From positions 1 through 64,000 of the forward strand of contig OZ242365.1 of assembly GCA_965208905.1 (NCBI GenBank): a stretch of DNA of 64,000 nt, read 5' to 3'. Source of the DNA: Nitrosopumilaceae archaeon. Its GTDB lineage: Archaea; Thermoproteota; Nitrososphaeria; Nitrososphaerales; Nitrosopumilaceae. Made by a program: the position numbers and the translations under genes. Below, piece by piece: positions 20,159 to 29,550 of the stretch. Within the stretch, counting starts at the first letter, position 1; each line of letters starts with the position of its first letter. The notes below the pieces were generated by a model. The model did no database searches and was not told where the DNA came from. It saw only the letters and a list, made by a program, of their open reading frames with translations.

Positions 20159-21286
20159 ATGAGTACACAAGTGAAACAAATTAAGGGGATTGACTATCTT
20201 TATTTTTCTTACTATGATCGGTCAACACAAAAACGTAAATTCATTTCATGTGGCCCCGCGTCAAATCCAGAATCTCAAAAAAAAGCAAAACAAGCAGAAA
20301 GGAATTGGCTTGAAGGGCAAAGTGATCATCTACAAACTGACCTTGATGATGTGCAAAACAGGTTGAGAGAGTTTGATACGGGTAGTCGAATCACTAAAAA
20401 GAAAACTCCCCAGAAAGTAAAACCCCCTAACTTTGATGCACTAAAACTGATTAAGAACATAAAACGAAAACCCCCCGAAATACACTACAAAACAAGTGAA
20501 TGTATGGCAGAAGTCCCTGACGAGTCTGTCCAGTTGATTATTACATCGCCCCCCTATAATGTTGGGAAAGATTATGCATCTCACAATGATAACATGATGT
20601 TCGAAAATTACCTAAGCATGTTAGAACGTATATGGAAAGAGTGTAGGCGCGTATTGTGTAGAGGTGGCAGGATTGCCATAAACGTTGCCGATACTTGGAG
20701 AACGCCATATCTGCCATTACACACGTTCATAACGCAACAACTACTTGAGATTAAGATGTTAATGAGGGGTATAATATATTGGGATAAGGGCGCAAGTGTA
20801 GGAACGTCAACTGCATGGGGGTCTTGGAGATCTGCTTCAAATCCCACATTAAGAGATGTTGGCGAGTATATCTTAGTTTTTTCAAAAGACGATTTTAAAC
20901 TACACAGTGAAAACAAAATCAGTACAATAACACCACTGGAGTTTTCCCAATACACAAAATCCATCTGGTCTTTCCCAACAGTGAGCGCAAAACGTGAAAA
21001 TCATCCTGCACCATTCCCGGATGAATTGCCGTCCAGATTAATCAAACTATACAGTCATTTAGGGGATGTTGTACTGGATCCTTTTCTTGGTAGTGGTACA
21101 ACGGCAAAGATGGCCATGGCTCTCGGAAGGAAGGCGATAGGTTATGAAATTGATAAAACATACAAACCACTAATTGAGAAAAAAATTAATGCCGTATCTA
21201 GTGTAAGTATCCCTCTTGAATGTTTGTTTGCAAGTGGCACAAAACCAACGAATTTAGAAGTACTTTACCCGTCAATCAATGATTGA
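20159..21286 (+). CDS. Site-specific amino-DNA methyltransferase (beta class, N4-C/N6-A) with N-terminal extension
   Basis: ITSPPY before HPAPFP and VLDPFLGSGTT (beta order). Confidence 0.93.
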   Translation: MSTQVKQIKGIDYLYFSYYDRSTQKRKFISCGPASNPESQKKAKQAERNWLEGQSDHLQTDLDDVQNRLREFDTGSRITKKKTPQKVKPPNFDALKLIKNIKRKPPEIHYKTSECMAEVPDESVQLIITSPPYNVGKDYASHNDNMMFENYLSMLERIWKECRRVLCRGGRIAINVADTWRTPYLPLHTFITQQLLEIKMLMRGIIYWDKGASVGTSTAWGSWRSASNPTLRDVGEYILVFSKDDFKLHSENKISTITPLEFSQYTKSIWSFPTVSAKRENHPAPFPDELPSRLIKLYSHLGDVVLDPFLGSGTTAKMAMALGRKAIGYEIDKTYKPLIEKKINAVSSVSIPLECLFASGTKPTNLEVLYPSIND

Positions 21287-21972
21287 ACTTCACTGACAAA
21301 CGAATCTACCTGACGTTTTTTTGTAAAATCAAATATTGCCTTTATGGTTTCATTCCTATAAGCACGTAAATGGTTCGGTACTGCATTTGTTAGTATGTAG
21401 AATGAGCCATTCGGAAATCGATTATGCCACTTCTTGGCATTGGCGAATGCCTTTTTTTCGGTGTCGGTTCTGAGCATTCCGGCTCTAGTAAGATTTGAAC
21501 GCGTGCCGTCTGGGTTGAGAACGTATTTGGGCGAACCTTTACATTCTATCACTATGTCAAATTTAATCTCAAAATCATACAGGCGAGTTGATTCGGATGT
21601 TGGATTAGTATTGATGTTGTATTTCTCATTAAGAATATACTGACATCCATAATCAAACACACTACCTGCATAACTTGCCCTAGCCTGAAATGTAGCAACT
21701 TCATATACCCTGTTTTTGCACATATCACATGTTGTAGGTTTATCGCCCCAACCATAATTACATCTGCCAACTGTAAGACATTTGACACACACCCATGTCT
21801 TGTACAAACCAACCATACGATAAATGTCGTTGAAACATCCATTGAAATAACGTGTTAATGATTCATCGCTAAGCGGCTTCCCTTCAAGCACCTTAAAATT
21901 ATCTTTTAGTACAGATCTGTATGGTTGTGGTATGGTCATACCCTTACTCAAAAAATCATCATTATATACCAC
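21265..21972 (-). CDS. Putative type II restriction endonuclease (PD-(D/E)xK) with Cys-pair insertion
   Basis: Convergent with and overlapping the MTase; YDFEIK..IVIECKGS motif; CVKC...CDMC. Confidence 0.7.
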   Translation of the reverse strand: MVYNDDFLSKGMTIPQPYRSVLKDNFKVLEGKPLSDESLTRYFNGCFNDIYRMVGLYKTWVCVKCLTVGRCNYGWGDKPTTCDMCKNRVYEVATFQARASYAGSVFDYGCQYILNEKYNINTNPTSESTRLYDFEIKFDIVIECKGSPKYVLNPDGTRSNLTRAGMLRTDTEKKAFANAKKWHNRFPNGSFYILTNAVPNHLRAYRNETIKAIFDFTKKRQVDSFVSEVQSLIDG

Positions 21973-22004
21973 TCGTTATTGTTGTCTTTACAACACACAG
22001 ACCC

Positions 22005-22054
22005 ATCACACGTTTTTGACAGCACTAACCATCACACGCTATCTTGACAGAACC
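22005..22054 (-). repeat. Right TIR of IS6-like element
   Basis: Exact reverse complement of 18695-18744. Confidence 0.97.
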
Positions 22055-22090
22055 GAATTTTTTTATTAAAGTCACACATCTTGGCATCAT

Positions 22091-22600
22091 CTATGTCAAT
22101 ATTTTGAGACTTCTACACACCGAGTATACTGTTCTTCTCAAGTTTTTGTCCAGAAGTGTGTCTCTGCGGTGTCTGAGTATCCTTTTGGCCTCATCTTGTT
22201 CCTCTCCAGGTGGTAATGAGAGTACCTTGTTTAGTAATTCTGAGAGGGACTCTCGTACCCAACCATCAATTGTAGTGTATACTTTTGGTGGTATGATATC
22301 GCACCGGTCACGATCCAGATCCAGTATGGCTGTGTAGTTGTCATGCTCTATCCTGTATACGAGGCCCAAAATTATGTTATCTGGCGTGGGGTTGGTGAGT
22401 ATTTCAACGGATCTCTGGCCGGTCTTACCCTGCTCTACCTTGTTTTTGAGGCCCACCATGTTGACCCGGATTCCGTTTATTCCTATCTGTCTACCTTCCA
22501 TACCGGTTACTGCTGCAACTACAAAGTCCTTATATTCGCCATTTTGTATTGTGCTAAAGACATATGTGCCCTCCTTTAGTGTGGGTTTTTTGCCTAACAT
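22091..22600 (-). CDS. Conserved thaumarchaeal hypothetical protein
   Basis: ORF track; probable start MLGKKP at 22600. Confidence 0.75.
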   Translation of the reverse strand: MLGKKPTLKEGTYVFSTIQNGEYKDFVVAAVTGMEGRQIGINGIRVNMVGLKNKVEQGKTGQRSVEILTNPTPDNIILGLVYRIEHDNYTAILDLDRDRCDIIPPKVYTTIDGWVRESLSELLNKVLSLPPGEEQDEAKRILRHRRDTLLDKNLRRTVYSVCRSLKILT

Positions 22601-22867
22601 GATGTATGCTGGCACCATCGGAGTTTTTAGTGTTGTTCTATATACTATCTTGCCGAAGAGTGACTCGTGTGTAGAGTGGCATTATGCTTTTTTTGGCTTG
22701 AGTTGTTAGTTGGTGGCTGCGCGCTCTTAGGTATTCGACAGGTGTGCAGACTTTATTGTATATACTCAGCTGTAATGATATAGTATGAGTCCTGTTATGA
22801 GTATAATTTTGAGTATTTGGCATAGCCACAGGCAACATATTTATTTTTAATGTGTAAGTATTCGAGT

Positions 22868-23266
22868 ATGGCCATCAACAAGCAGCGTCTAAAGATACGC
22901 CATCAAGTCAAAAAACGAAAGCCCAACTTTGTCAGGCCAGAAAGTTGGCGATATGATCGACTCAAGCAGCGATGGCGAAAGCCAAAGGGCGTGGATCATC
23001 ATCAGCGTAAACAAAAGAGCCGAGGCAGACCAGGCTTGGTAAAGATAGGGTACGGCGGGCCACGCGTTGCAAAATACTTGCACCCGTCTGGCTACACAGA
23101 CAATCTGGTTTATCGTCCAGAAGATTTGAGCGGACTAGACCCAAAGGTTGATGGTGTGAGAATAGGCGGATCTGTAGGAACCCGTAAGAGGATTCAAATC
23201 ATAGGTTTAGCCATGCAGGAAAAATTCAAGATATTTAATGGTAGGGTGAACATGCATGGTGATTAA
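22868..23266 (+). CDS. rpl32e: 50S ribosomal protein eL32
   Basis: KPNFVRPESWRY...WRKPKG, GYG, LHPSGY. Confidence 0.96.
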   Translation: MAINKQRLKIRHQVKKRKPNFVRPESWRYDRLKQRWRKPKGVDHHQRKQKSRGRPGLVKIGYGGPRVAKYLHPSGYTDNLVYRPEDLSGLDPKVDGVRIGGSVGTRKRIQIIGLAMQEKFKIFNGRVNMHGD

Positions 23267-23711
23267 TCTACACTCCAAAAAGAAGCTGATATCTCGTGTT
23301 ACCGGCGTAGGGGTGCATCGGTTGCGCCTTGACCCAGACAAACTCGATGAAGTGGCTGATGCCATTACAAGAAACAACGCTCGGGGTATGATCACGGCAG
23401 GATTTGTAACCATAAAACCCATAAAGGGTACCTCGCGAGGACGGGCTCGATTTAAGAAGATACAGCGCTCAAAGAGGGGCACAAAATCTGGTTCAAAACA
23501 GGGTCGTAAAGGGGCACGAACCGCCCGAAAAGCGGCATATGTGGCAAAGGTCCGTTCCCTGAGACGACTCTTAAAGATAGCAAAGGAGCGCAAAGAGATA
23601 ACAAATCCTGAGTTTTGGAGTTTGTACAAGAAGGTGGGTGGTAACACCGTCCGAAACAAGGCTCACCTAAGATTACTTGTACAAGAGACCATATCAAAAC
23701 GCAAGGATTAG
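23256..23711 (+). CDS. rpl19e: 50S ribosomal protein eL19
   Basis: GVGVHR..LDP, AITR, GTSRGR, GSKQGRKGAR. Confidence 0.96.
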   Translation: MVINLHSKKKLISRVTGVGVHRLRLDPDKLDEVADAITRNNARGMITAGFVTIKPIKGTSRGRARFKKIQRSKRGTKSGSKQGRKGARTARKAAYVAKVRSLRRLLKIAKERKEITNPEFWSLYKKVGGNTVRNKAHLRLLVQETISKRKD

Positions 23712-24013
23712 TCTGGAAAGTAGTATATTCGAGTCTTATCTCGCACGCGGTTTCCTTCTATGGGAACTCCCTCCTTCTGTAGCATGTTTGCCTTTACATT
23801 AGTGCCACCATACCCGTAACCTCCCAGTTTGCCATCTGACATTATGACTCTATGACAAGGAACTATACCTGGATATGGATTACGACTCATTATGCGTCCC
23901 ACTGCTCGGGAACCGTTGACCATCCCTGCCGCCCGGGCCAGCTCGCCATATGACACCACCATGCCCGATGGAACCTCCATCAACTTTTTGTAGACTCGTT
24001 CTGCATTATTCAT
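23708..24013 (-). CDS. ogt: Methylated-DNA-protein-cysteine methyltransferase (MGMT)
   Basis: VVSYGELA, RAVG, active site VPCHRV. Confidence 0.92.
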   Translation of the reverse strand: MNNAERVYKKLMEVPSGMVVSYGELARAAGMVNGSRAVGRIMSRNPYPGIVPCHRVIMSDGKLGGYGYGGTNVKANMLQKEGVPIEGNRVRDKTRIYYFPD

Positions 24014-24792
24014 ACACGAACAACCTCTAGATTAGTCTCGTTTAGTAGATTCAAGACCCTTCGCCGGTGTGGGCCCATGTTATCCCAGTCCAGCAGGGCC
24101 ACCTGGACCTTAACGTTTCGTTCAATTATATGATCCAGCAGACTTTTGTTGATATACTGCATAGCATGCTTTGGTATTATACTCCCAAATGAATACTTTC
24201 CATGTATTACTTCGTGTGTGAACCGTCGTGGATAATGAGTCCCTCCAAAACCAATTGCAGTCGTGTAACGTGTAGTATCGTCAGACTGTGTAATGGCGCG
24301 CTCCAAAATTGCGGCTGCATCATGACATAGTGATGCGTCATTCCATTCTGAGATGGTCGTTCCAATCTCTACGAATATTGAGGGTTTGGAGAGTGCAGTA
24401 GGCCCATGGTGGGTTGTCTCAAGTGTTATGTCAAACTTGGAGAATCTGTCTTGTTCCTTCCAAAGATTCACAAAGTATCTCTTTTGCAATGATGGGAACG
24501 GGACTGCCACCTGCTGCGGATTGCCTCCTAATGTAGCCTCATCAAAGTTTCCCGTGGAGTGACATGTCAACGCCAGCACACCAGACTTTGCTGCATGTTT
24601 TGATAGAAAGACAAATCCATCATAATCAAACTTTGACTCTAACCAATCCGCAGATATTACAGGTGTATCTAATAGTATCAGATCAAATGACTTGCCTTTG
24701 TATATGGGACCATTCTGCGTCATATCTTGCATAAAATAGTCTGCCATATTTTTGCCAGCAGGGTCTTTATCATATGCAGCAAGTAAGTACAA
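24010..24792 (-). CDS. dtdA: D-aminoacyl-tRNA deacylase (archaeal DTD2/DtdA)
   Basis: Start TTG 24792; DPAG.N, FLSKH, LTCHSTGNF, ETTHHGP, FVEIG, GFGGTHY. Confidence 0.9.
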   Translation of the reverse strand: MYLLAAYDKDPAGKNMADYFMQDMTQNGPIYKGKSFDLILLDTPVISADWLESKFDYDGFVFLSKHAAKSGVLALTCHSTGNFDEATLGGNPQQVAVPFPSLQKRYFVNLWKEQDRFSKFDITLETTHHGPTALSKPSIFVEIGTTISEWNDASLCHDAAAILERAITQSDDTTRYTTAIGFGGTHYPRRFTHEVIHGKYSFGSIIPKHAMQYINKSLLDHIIERNVKVQVALLDWDNMGPHRRRVLNLLNETNLEVVRV

Positions 24793-24829
24793 CGACAAAA
24801 TTATATTACTAGAGTATTTATTTCCAACA

Positions 24830-25003
24830 GTGAATCCAAGACTATTTCTTAAGAATATGATGAACACCGTAAAACTAACCAGGAAACCAGACAAAGATGA
24901 ATACAAACAGTATATGCGACTGGTGTTGTTGGGAATAGGTGCGGTGGGCACCATTGGCTTTATAATTCAGTTTGTCTTTTCGGTAGCTACGTATGGTCGA
25001 TAA
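24830..25003 (+). CDS. secE: Protein translocase SecE (Sec61 gamma)
   Basis: GTG 24830; LTRKPDKDEY then TM G.IGFII; upstream of spt5. Confidence 0.9.
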   Translation: MNPRLFLKNMMNTVKLTRKPDKDEYKQYMRLVLLGIGAVGTIGFIIQFVFSVATYGR

Positions 25004-25005
25004 AA

Positions 25006-25458
25006 ATGTCTGATACTACTTCACATCTGTACGCTGTAAAGACCAGCATGGGCCAAGAGAAGAAGGTCATGAATCTGTTAGAGGCTAAATTACGTGCTGG
25101 TGGCCAGAATATACAGGCGGTCCTGACAGTGGAGGACTTGCGGGGTTATGTGGTAGTGGAGGCACTGGACTCTAGTGATGTATATCATGCTGTAGATGGT
25201 GTTCGACATGTTCGTCAGCAACTTCGAGGCGAGTTGGCGTTTTCAGAGATTGAAGGGTATCTTGTGAAAAAGTCTGCTGTATCCACACTGAGTGTAGATA
25301 GCACAGTCGAGATCACCGGCGGTCCATTCAAGGGCATGAAGGCCACAATTACACGAATTGACACAGAAAAGGAAGAGGCCACAGTCATACTATTGGACGC
25401 GATGTATCAGTTGCCTGTGACAGTAGATGCCAACTATCTAAAGATAGCTACTGATTAA
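25006..25458 (+). CDS. spt5: Transcription elongation factor Spt5
   Basis: NGN domain GQEKKV, GYVVVE; KOW VEITGGPFKG. Confidence 0.96.
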   Translation: MSDTTSHLYAVKTSMGQEKKVMNLLEAKLRAGGQNIQAVLTVEDLRGYVVVEALDSSDVYHAVDGVRHVRQQLRGELAFSEIEGYLVKKSAVSTLSVDSTVEITGGPFKGMKATITRIDTEKEEATVILLDAMYQLPVTVDANYLKIATD

Positions 25459-25498
25459 CACGCAAAGGATTAAATTTTCAATATGGAGTCTTGTATGT

Positions 25499-25990
25499 AT
25501 GGCTTCAACCCAAAGCGTCTCATCATTGGTTACCGGAGGAGCTGCCTCGGCAGGACCGCCACTAGGCCCATCCTTGGGACCTTTGGGTGTCAACATAATG
25601 GAGGTTATCAATACTATCAACGATAAGACCAAAGACTTTGAGGGTATGAAAGTACCTGTGACTGTTGTAGTCGATACAGATACCAAAAAGTACGAGATAA
25701 ATGTAGGCATACCATCTGTGGCCCCACTGATATTCAAAGAGGCTGGAATTCAGAAAGGATCTGGTGCGTCTGGTACAGAGTGGGTCGGTGATATCACCAT
25801 GGACTCACTCATAAAGATAGCCCGCACAAAGTTGGAGAGCTCTTATGCGTCTAGCCTAAAATCAGTGGTAAAGACCGTGGCTGGAACGTGTCTGGCTGCG
25901 GGCGTAAAGATAGAGTCCAAGAATCCCCGAGAGATAACTGCTGAGATAAATCAGGGTGTATGGGACGAAAAGATAGACTCTTCAAACTAA
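25499..25990 (+). CDS. rpl11: 50S ribosomal protein uL11
   Basis: GGAASAGPPLGPSLGPLGVN, GMKVPV. Confidence 0.97.
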   Translation: MASTQSVSSLVTGGAASAGPPLGPSLGPLGVNIMEVINTINDKTKDFEGMKVPVTVVVDTDTKKYEINVGIPSVAPLIFKEAGIQKGSGASGTEWVGDITMDSLIKIARTKLESSYASSLKSVVKTVAGTCLAAGVKIESKNPREITAEINQGVWDEKIDSSN

Positions 25991-25992
25991 TT

Positions 25993-26457
25993 TTATGGTT
26001 GCAGATATTCAGGATCCTTATCTACCCGGTCTAACTCTACAAACGTTTCGGTATTGTGAATACCTTCTATGCGGCTTATCTTATTTGTTACAGTCCCGTG
26101 CAATGTCTCCAAATCCGGCACATGCACAGTTACTATTATGTCAAATCTGCCAGTCACCTCAGTGATGGATACGACCTCGGGTGTCTCAATCAACTTTTTA
26201 TGTATATCATTTTTGCGCCGCGGACTTCGGTTTATTCCTACTTCGGCGCGTACACCCATGCCGAGCTTTGACTCATCTACCTGTATGGTGAATTTTTTAA
26301 TAACCTTGTTTCTGACCAGTCGTTTTATTCGACTATACAGAACAGAGTTGTTGGAGTTCAACTTCTTTGATAATGTGGGAATTGATATGGCTCCGTCATG
26401 ATACAACTCGTATAACAAACGTCGATCTAAGTCATCTTCTACGATCATGATACACAA
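25993..26457 (-). CDS. Lrp/AsnC family transcriptional regulator
   Basis: DDLDRRLL..L..DG, RIKRL, VTGRFD. Confidence 0.9.
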   Translation of the reverse strand: MCIMIVEDDLDRRLLYELYHDGAISIPTLSKKLNSNNSVLYSRIKRLVRNKVIKKFTIQVDESKLGMGVRAEVGINRSPRRKNDIHKKLIETPEVVSITEVTGRFDIIVTVHVPDLETLHGTVTNKISRIEGIHNTETFVELDRVDKDPEYLQP

Positions 26458-26701
26458 TATACTTTCACGCTTTTATCTTTTATAGGGGTTGTGATCTGCT
26501 CTCCCACTAATAGTGCATATCTTAAAGCGGCACCTAGAGTGGAGCCATAGGTGGAATATACATTAGGCAAGCAGAGTGGTTATGGAGTCATATGAATTTC
26601 AGATCTTTTTTTTGCCGAGACCATCGTACCTTTGCAACATAGTCACAAGTCTTGCTGGGAGGACCGACATTATGTCTATTTAGTGCTGTATCGTCTTTGG
26701 T

Positions 26702-27988
26702 TTACCCTTTTGGGTGACCTGAGATCATTAGACCGATATCTGCTAGATTGGTGTTTGTGTGCCCAGTCTTTATCAGGCCGTTATGTCTTTCAAAGTACGT
26801 AAAAGAGTCATTGTCCTGCATACATGATGCGGCCAAGTTCTTGTCTTGTAGCAACCCCCTGTGTATGGCTCCAGCTATCCGAGTGTTACCATCTATGCCA
26901 TCTGTTCCCATGGATGCTACTATGAGACTCTGATCAGTATTCATCTGGGCAATTCGTAGAACCAACTCCTGATTTCGACCCCCTCTCCCTTTTCCTGTGA
27001 CATGCACTGTAGGCTCACCGCCAAATATTACACACTCGCCACTTTGAGGTGATGATCTTACCAGGGAGTCCGCTACACCACCAATGTCGCCATAATGTTG
27101 TATCATGCTGGCGTTGTACCCCTTGTTCTGCGCATCATGTATCATAGCCTCAAGACATGTATTGTTGTTTGCTACTATTTGGTATGGTATGATTTGGTGC
27201 TTTGGCGTCTCGCTTATCTGACCTGCTGAACCATCAAGCAGTCTATCAAGTATCTCTTTGTGTATCTTTTCGGTCAGATTAAATCTCTCCATAACTTGCA
27301 GGGCATCCTCAAAAGTGGTCGAATCCATATAGGTGGTTCCCGATGCTACAGTTTCAGGATCATCTCCTTCTACATCGGACATTATCAAGGATGCCCCACT
27401 ACACGTCATATGCTCGAGTAGTTTTCCTCCCTTTACTTTGGATATGTGCTTTCGAACACAGTTTATCTCTGATATGGAGGCCCCAGACTGTAACAAAGTC
27501 TGTGTACAATGCATCTTATCTGATAGTGATATGCCATCTGGTAGTGCCAACAGCGATGATGCCCCTCCAGATACAAGAAACAGCACAAAGTCGTCCCGCC
27601 TTCTATTACTCAGAAATTTTATAACATCTTTTGCTGCAGTCACACTATGTCTGTTCGGGTAAGGATGCCCTGCGCGATACAGCTTGAACTTGTTTCCTCT
27701 AATGTATGGTTTTGAATCAGTGGGCATTACGATTATTCCGCCCCTTACGTCTAACAGACGATTCACAACCCGACTCATTGAGTCGGCGGCCTTACCAAAG
27801 GCCACTGTGTATATACTGTCATATTTATCAAGGTTTGTTGCATCGTCGTTGATACGTATGGTATTCTCTTGAACAAAGTTTGGGAGTATATTTGCAGGAT
27901 TGGCGGCGTCTAGACCAGCTTCAAGTATGTCTATGGCATCTTGCGCCCGTCTTGTGTTGCATATTTGGGCACTGTTTCTTATTATCAT
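26702..27988 (-). CDS. Glycerate 2-kinase (MOFRL/DUF4147)
   Basis: FGKAA, GHPYP, SGGASSL, RKHISKVKGG, GGEPTV, GGRNQE, TDGIDG, TG.T.TN..D. Confidence 0.93.
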   Translation of the reverse strand: MIIRNSAQICNTRRAQDAIDILEAGLDAANPANILPNFVQENTIRINDDATNLDKYDSIYTVAFGKAADSMSRVVNRLLDVRGGIIVMPTDSKPYIRGNKFKLYRAGHPYPNRHSVTAAKDVIKFLSNRRRDDFVLFLVSGGASSLLALPDGISLSDKMHCTQTLLQSGASISEINCVRKHISKVKGGKLLEHMTCSGASLIMSDVEGDDPETVASGTTYMDSTTFEDALQVMERFNLTEKIHKEILDRLLDGSAGQISETPKHQIIPYQIVANNNTCLEAMIHDAQNKGYNASMIQHYGDIGGVADSLVRSSPQSGECVIFGGEPTVHVTGKGRGGRNQELVLRIAQMNTDQSLIVASMGTDGIDGNTRIAGAIHRGLLQDKNLAASCMQDNDSFTYFERHNGLIKTGHTNTNLADIGLMISGHPKG

Positions 27989-28034
27989 GATAGTGATATT
28001 ATTGCACTACTAATAATTAGACATTGCACATGTC

Positions 28035-29550
28035 GGTTCCTCCCGCAAGGACGGGTGCCATATATCACACCTCAACTATCTTTTTAAACATGTGGACCGT
28101 ACTATACGCTAATGGTACTACGTACATACACATTCGGCGTTAGATTCCGTAAAGGGTTCAAGAAGGAGATGTTGGCCAGACAGGCCGGCATGGACAGGTA
28201 CGTGTATAACAAATTATTGGAAACCTTCAAGGAGGAGTACCGTCGAGCTGGAAGGGTCAACACTACGCAGGGTAGGATAAACGCCTAGTATACGGACTTG
28301 CGCAACCGTTCGGGTCCGCGTTGGATGAGTCAGTCCATATCCGGGGTGACGCGCCAAATGTTACATGACTTGGGCAGGCATTATGACCAATATGTGGAAA
28401 CAGAGAAGCTGAAGGCTGCTGACATCAAACCTAAGGCGGAGTTTGGTGAACCACACTTTAAACGACACGGTGAGCGAATCTCCATCCCGTTTATAATAAC
28501 GCATGATGGTACCGTCGGCCAAGTGCGCTTCACCGATACACGTACAATCAAAATAGCCAAGATGGGTGAGATTAAACTCTCTCGGGAGTTTCCCGTCCTG
28601 AATTACCGATACAAGACCGCGCAACTATTTCAGTTACCGGATGGTGGGTGGAGGATTACCATATCTTGTGATGTACCAGACGAGAAGCCAACCATAATGG
28701 AGCAGACCGTTATTGGTATAGACCGAAATGTCGGTAACGTATCCACCCCTAATTATATAATAATCATACCTGAAAAGGTCACACGTTGCATGAACAACGC
28801 CGAAAAAACAGCCTCTAAGGCGCAAAAGATAGCCTCGCGCAGGCAGAAACCCAATTATACGAATCGTAAGCCCGGCTCCCGACGGTGGGCCAAAGCCAGT
28901 AAACGTGCCGCCAAAAACAAACGCAAAGCCGCAAATATTCGAAAGACAACTGTGCATAAAATATCATGTGTTATATCTAACAGCACCACACATGCAGCCA
29001 TGGAGAAATTTCCCATACAAAACATGGCAAAGTCCGCAAAGGGTACGGAAGAGAACCCAGGCAAAAATGTTGCACAAAAGTCTGGTCTCAATAAGGCCAT
29101 CCTAGAGCAGTGCTGGGGGCTGTTGGCATTACTGTTGGCGTACAAGTTGGCTGGAGAGATAATTTGGGTTGCGGCAGCGTATACAAGCCAACGGTGCTAC
29201 TTGTGCGGTTATACACATAAAGATAACCGGGATGGTAGACGGTTCTTGTGTAAGAAGTGTGGCTACACGTATCATGCCGACTGTAATGTAGGCTCAAACA
29301 TAGAGGATGCGGGGCTGAAGAAACTCGGCCCGGGGGCTAGGCATGGCCAACTAAACTTACGAAACTTGCCGGACAATACCGGCAGCACCCATTGTACAAG
29401 GGGTGTCTGGACGTGGAGGGTTCTTGCGTTAGCTCCCCTGAGAAACGTCAAGCACAGACCGGGGAACGAGATGCATCATGTATTGTCGTCCTCTGGTGTG
29501 ACGTGTAATGTATTGTAGGTGCGGGAACCCCCGTGCTTGCAGTAGGAACC
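28035..29550 (+). mobile_element. Non-autonomous TIR element carrying tnpB (1516 bp)
   Basis: TIRs GGTTCCTCCCGCAAGGACGGG (28035-28055) and 29530-29550 (18/21 match); exact TSD CACATGTC at 28027-28034 and 29551-29558. Confidence 0.85.
28112..29518 (+). pseudogene. tnpB: TnpB RNA-guided nuclease interrupted by an in-frame TAG
   Basis: ATG 28112 MVLRTYTF...RYVYNKLL...NA*YTDLR (TAG 28286-28288, probably from TGG); RuvC GIDRN / AMEK / HADCN and CYLC..CKKC intact. Confidence 0.88.

Larger units (their letters stand above)
18695..22054. mobile_element. IS6-family transporter element (3360 bp) carrying a restriction-modification pair
   Basis: Perfect 50-bp TIRs at 18695-18744 and 22005-22054; 8-bp TSD GAATTTTT at 18687-18694 and 22055-22062; encodes a DDE transposase. 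Confidence 0.95.

Noticed and set aside
24793-24954. N-terminal extensions in the ORF track for dtdA (also pus10 to 42145, sulfurtransferase to 7642, aIF5A to 44488)
   Set aside because: They overlap neighbouring genes or promoter regions; homology starts downstream
26646-26665. CAAGTCTTGCTGGGAGGACC resembling a GGTTCCTCCCGCAAG-type TIR
   Set aside because: No partner end, TSD or internal homology found by eye
28286-28288. In-frame TAG as pyrrolysine or programmed read-through
   Set aside because: No pyl genes in the window, TAG ends normal genes here, and TGG>TAG mutation is simpler
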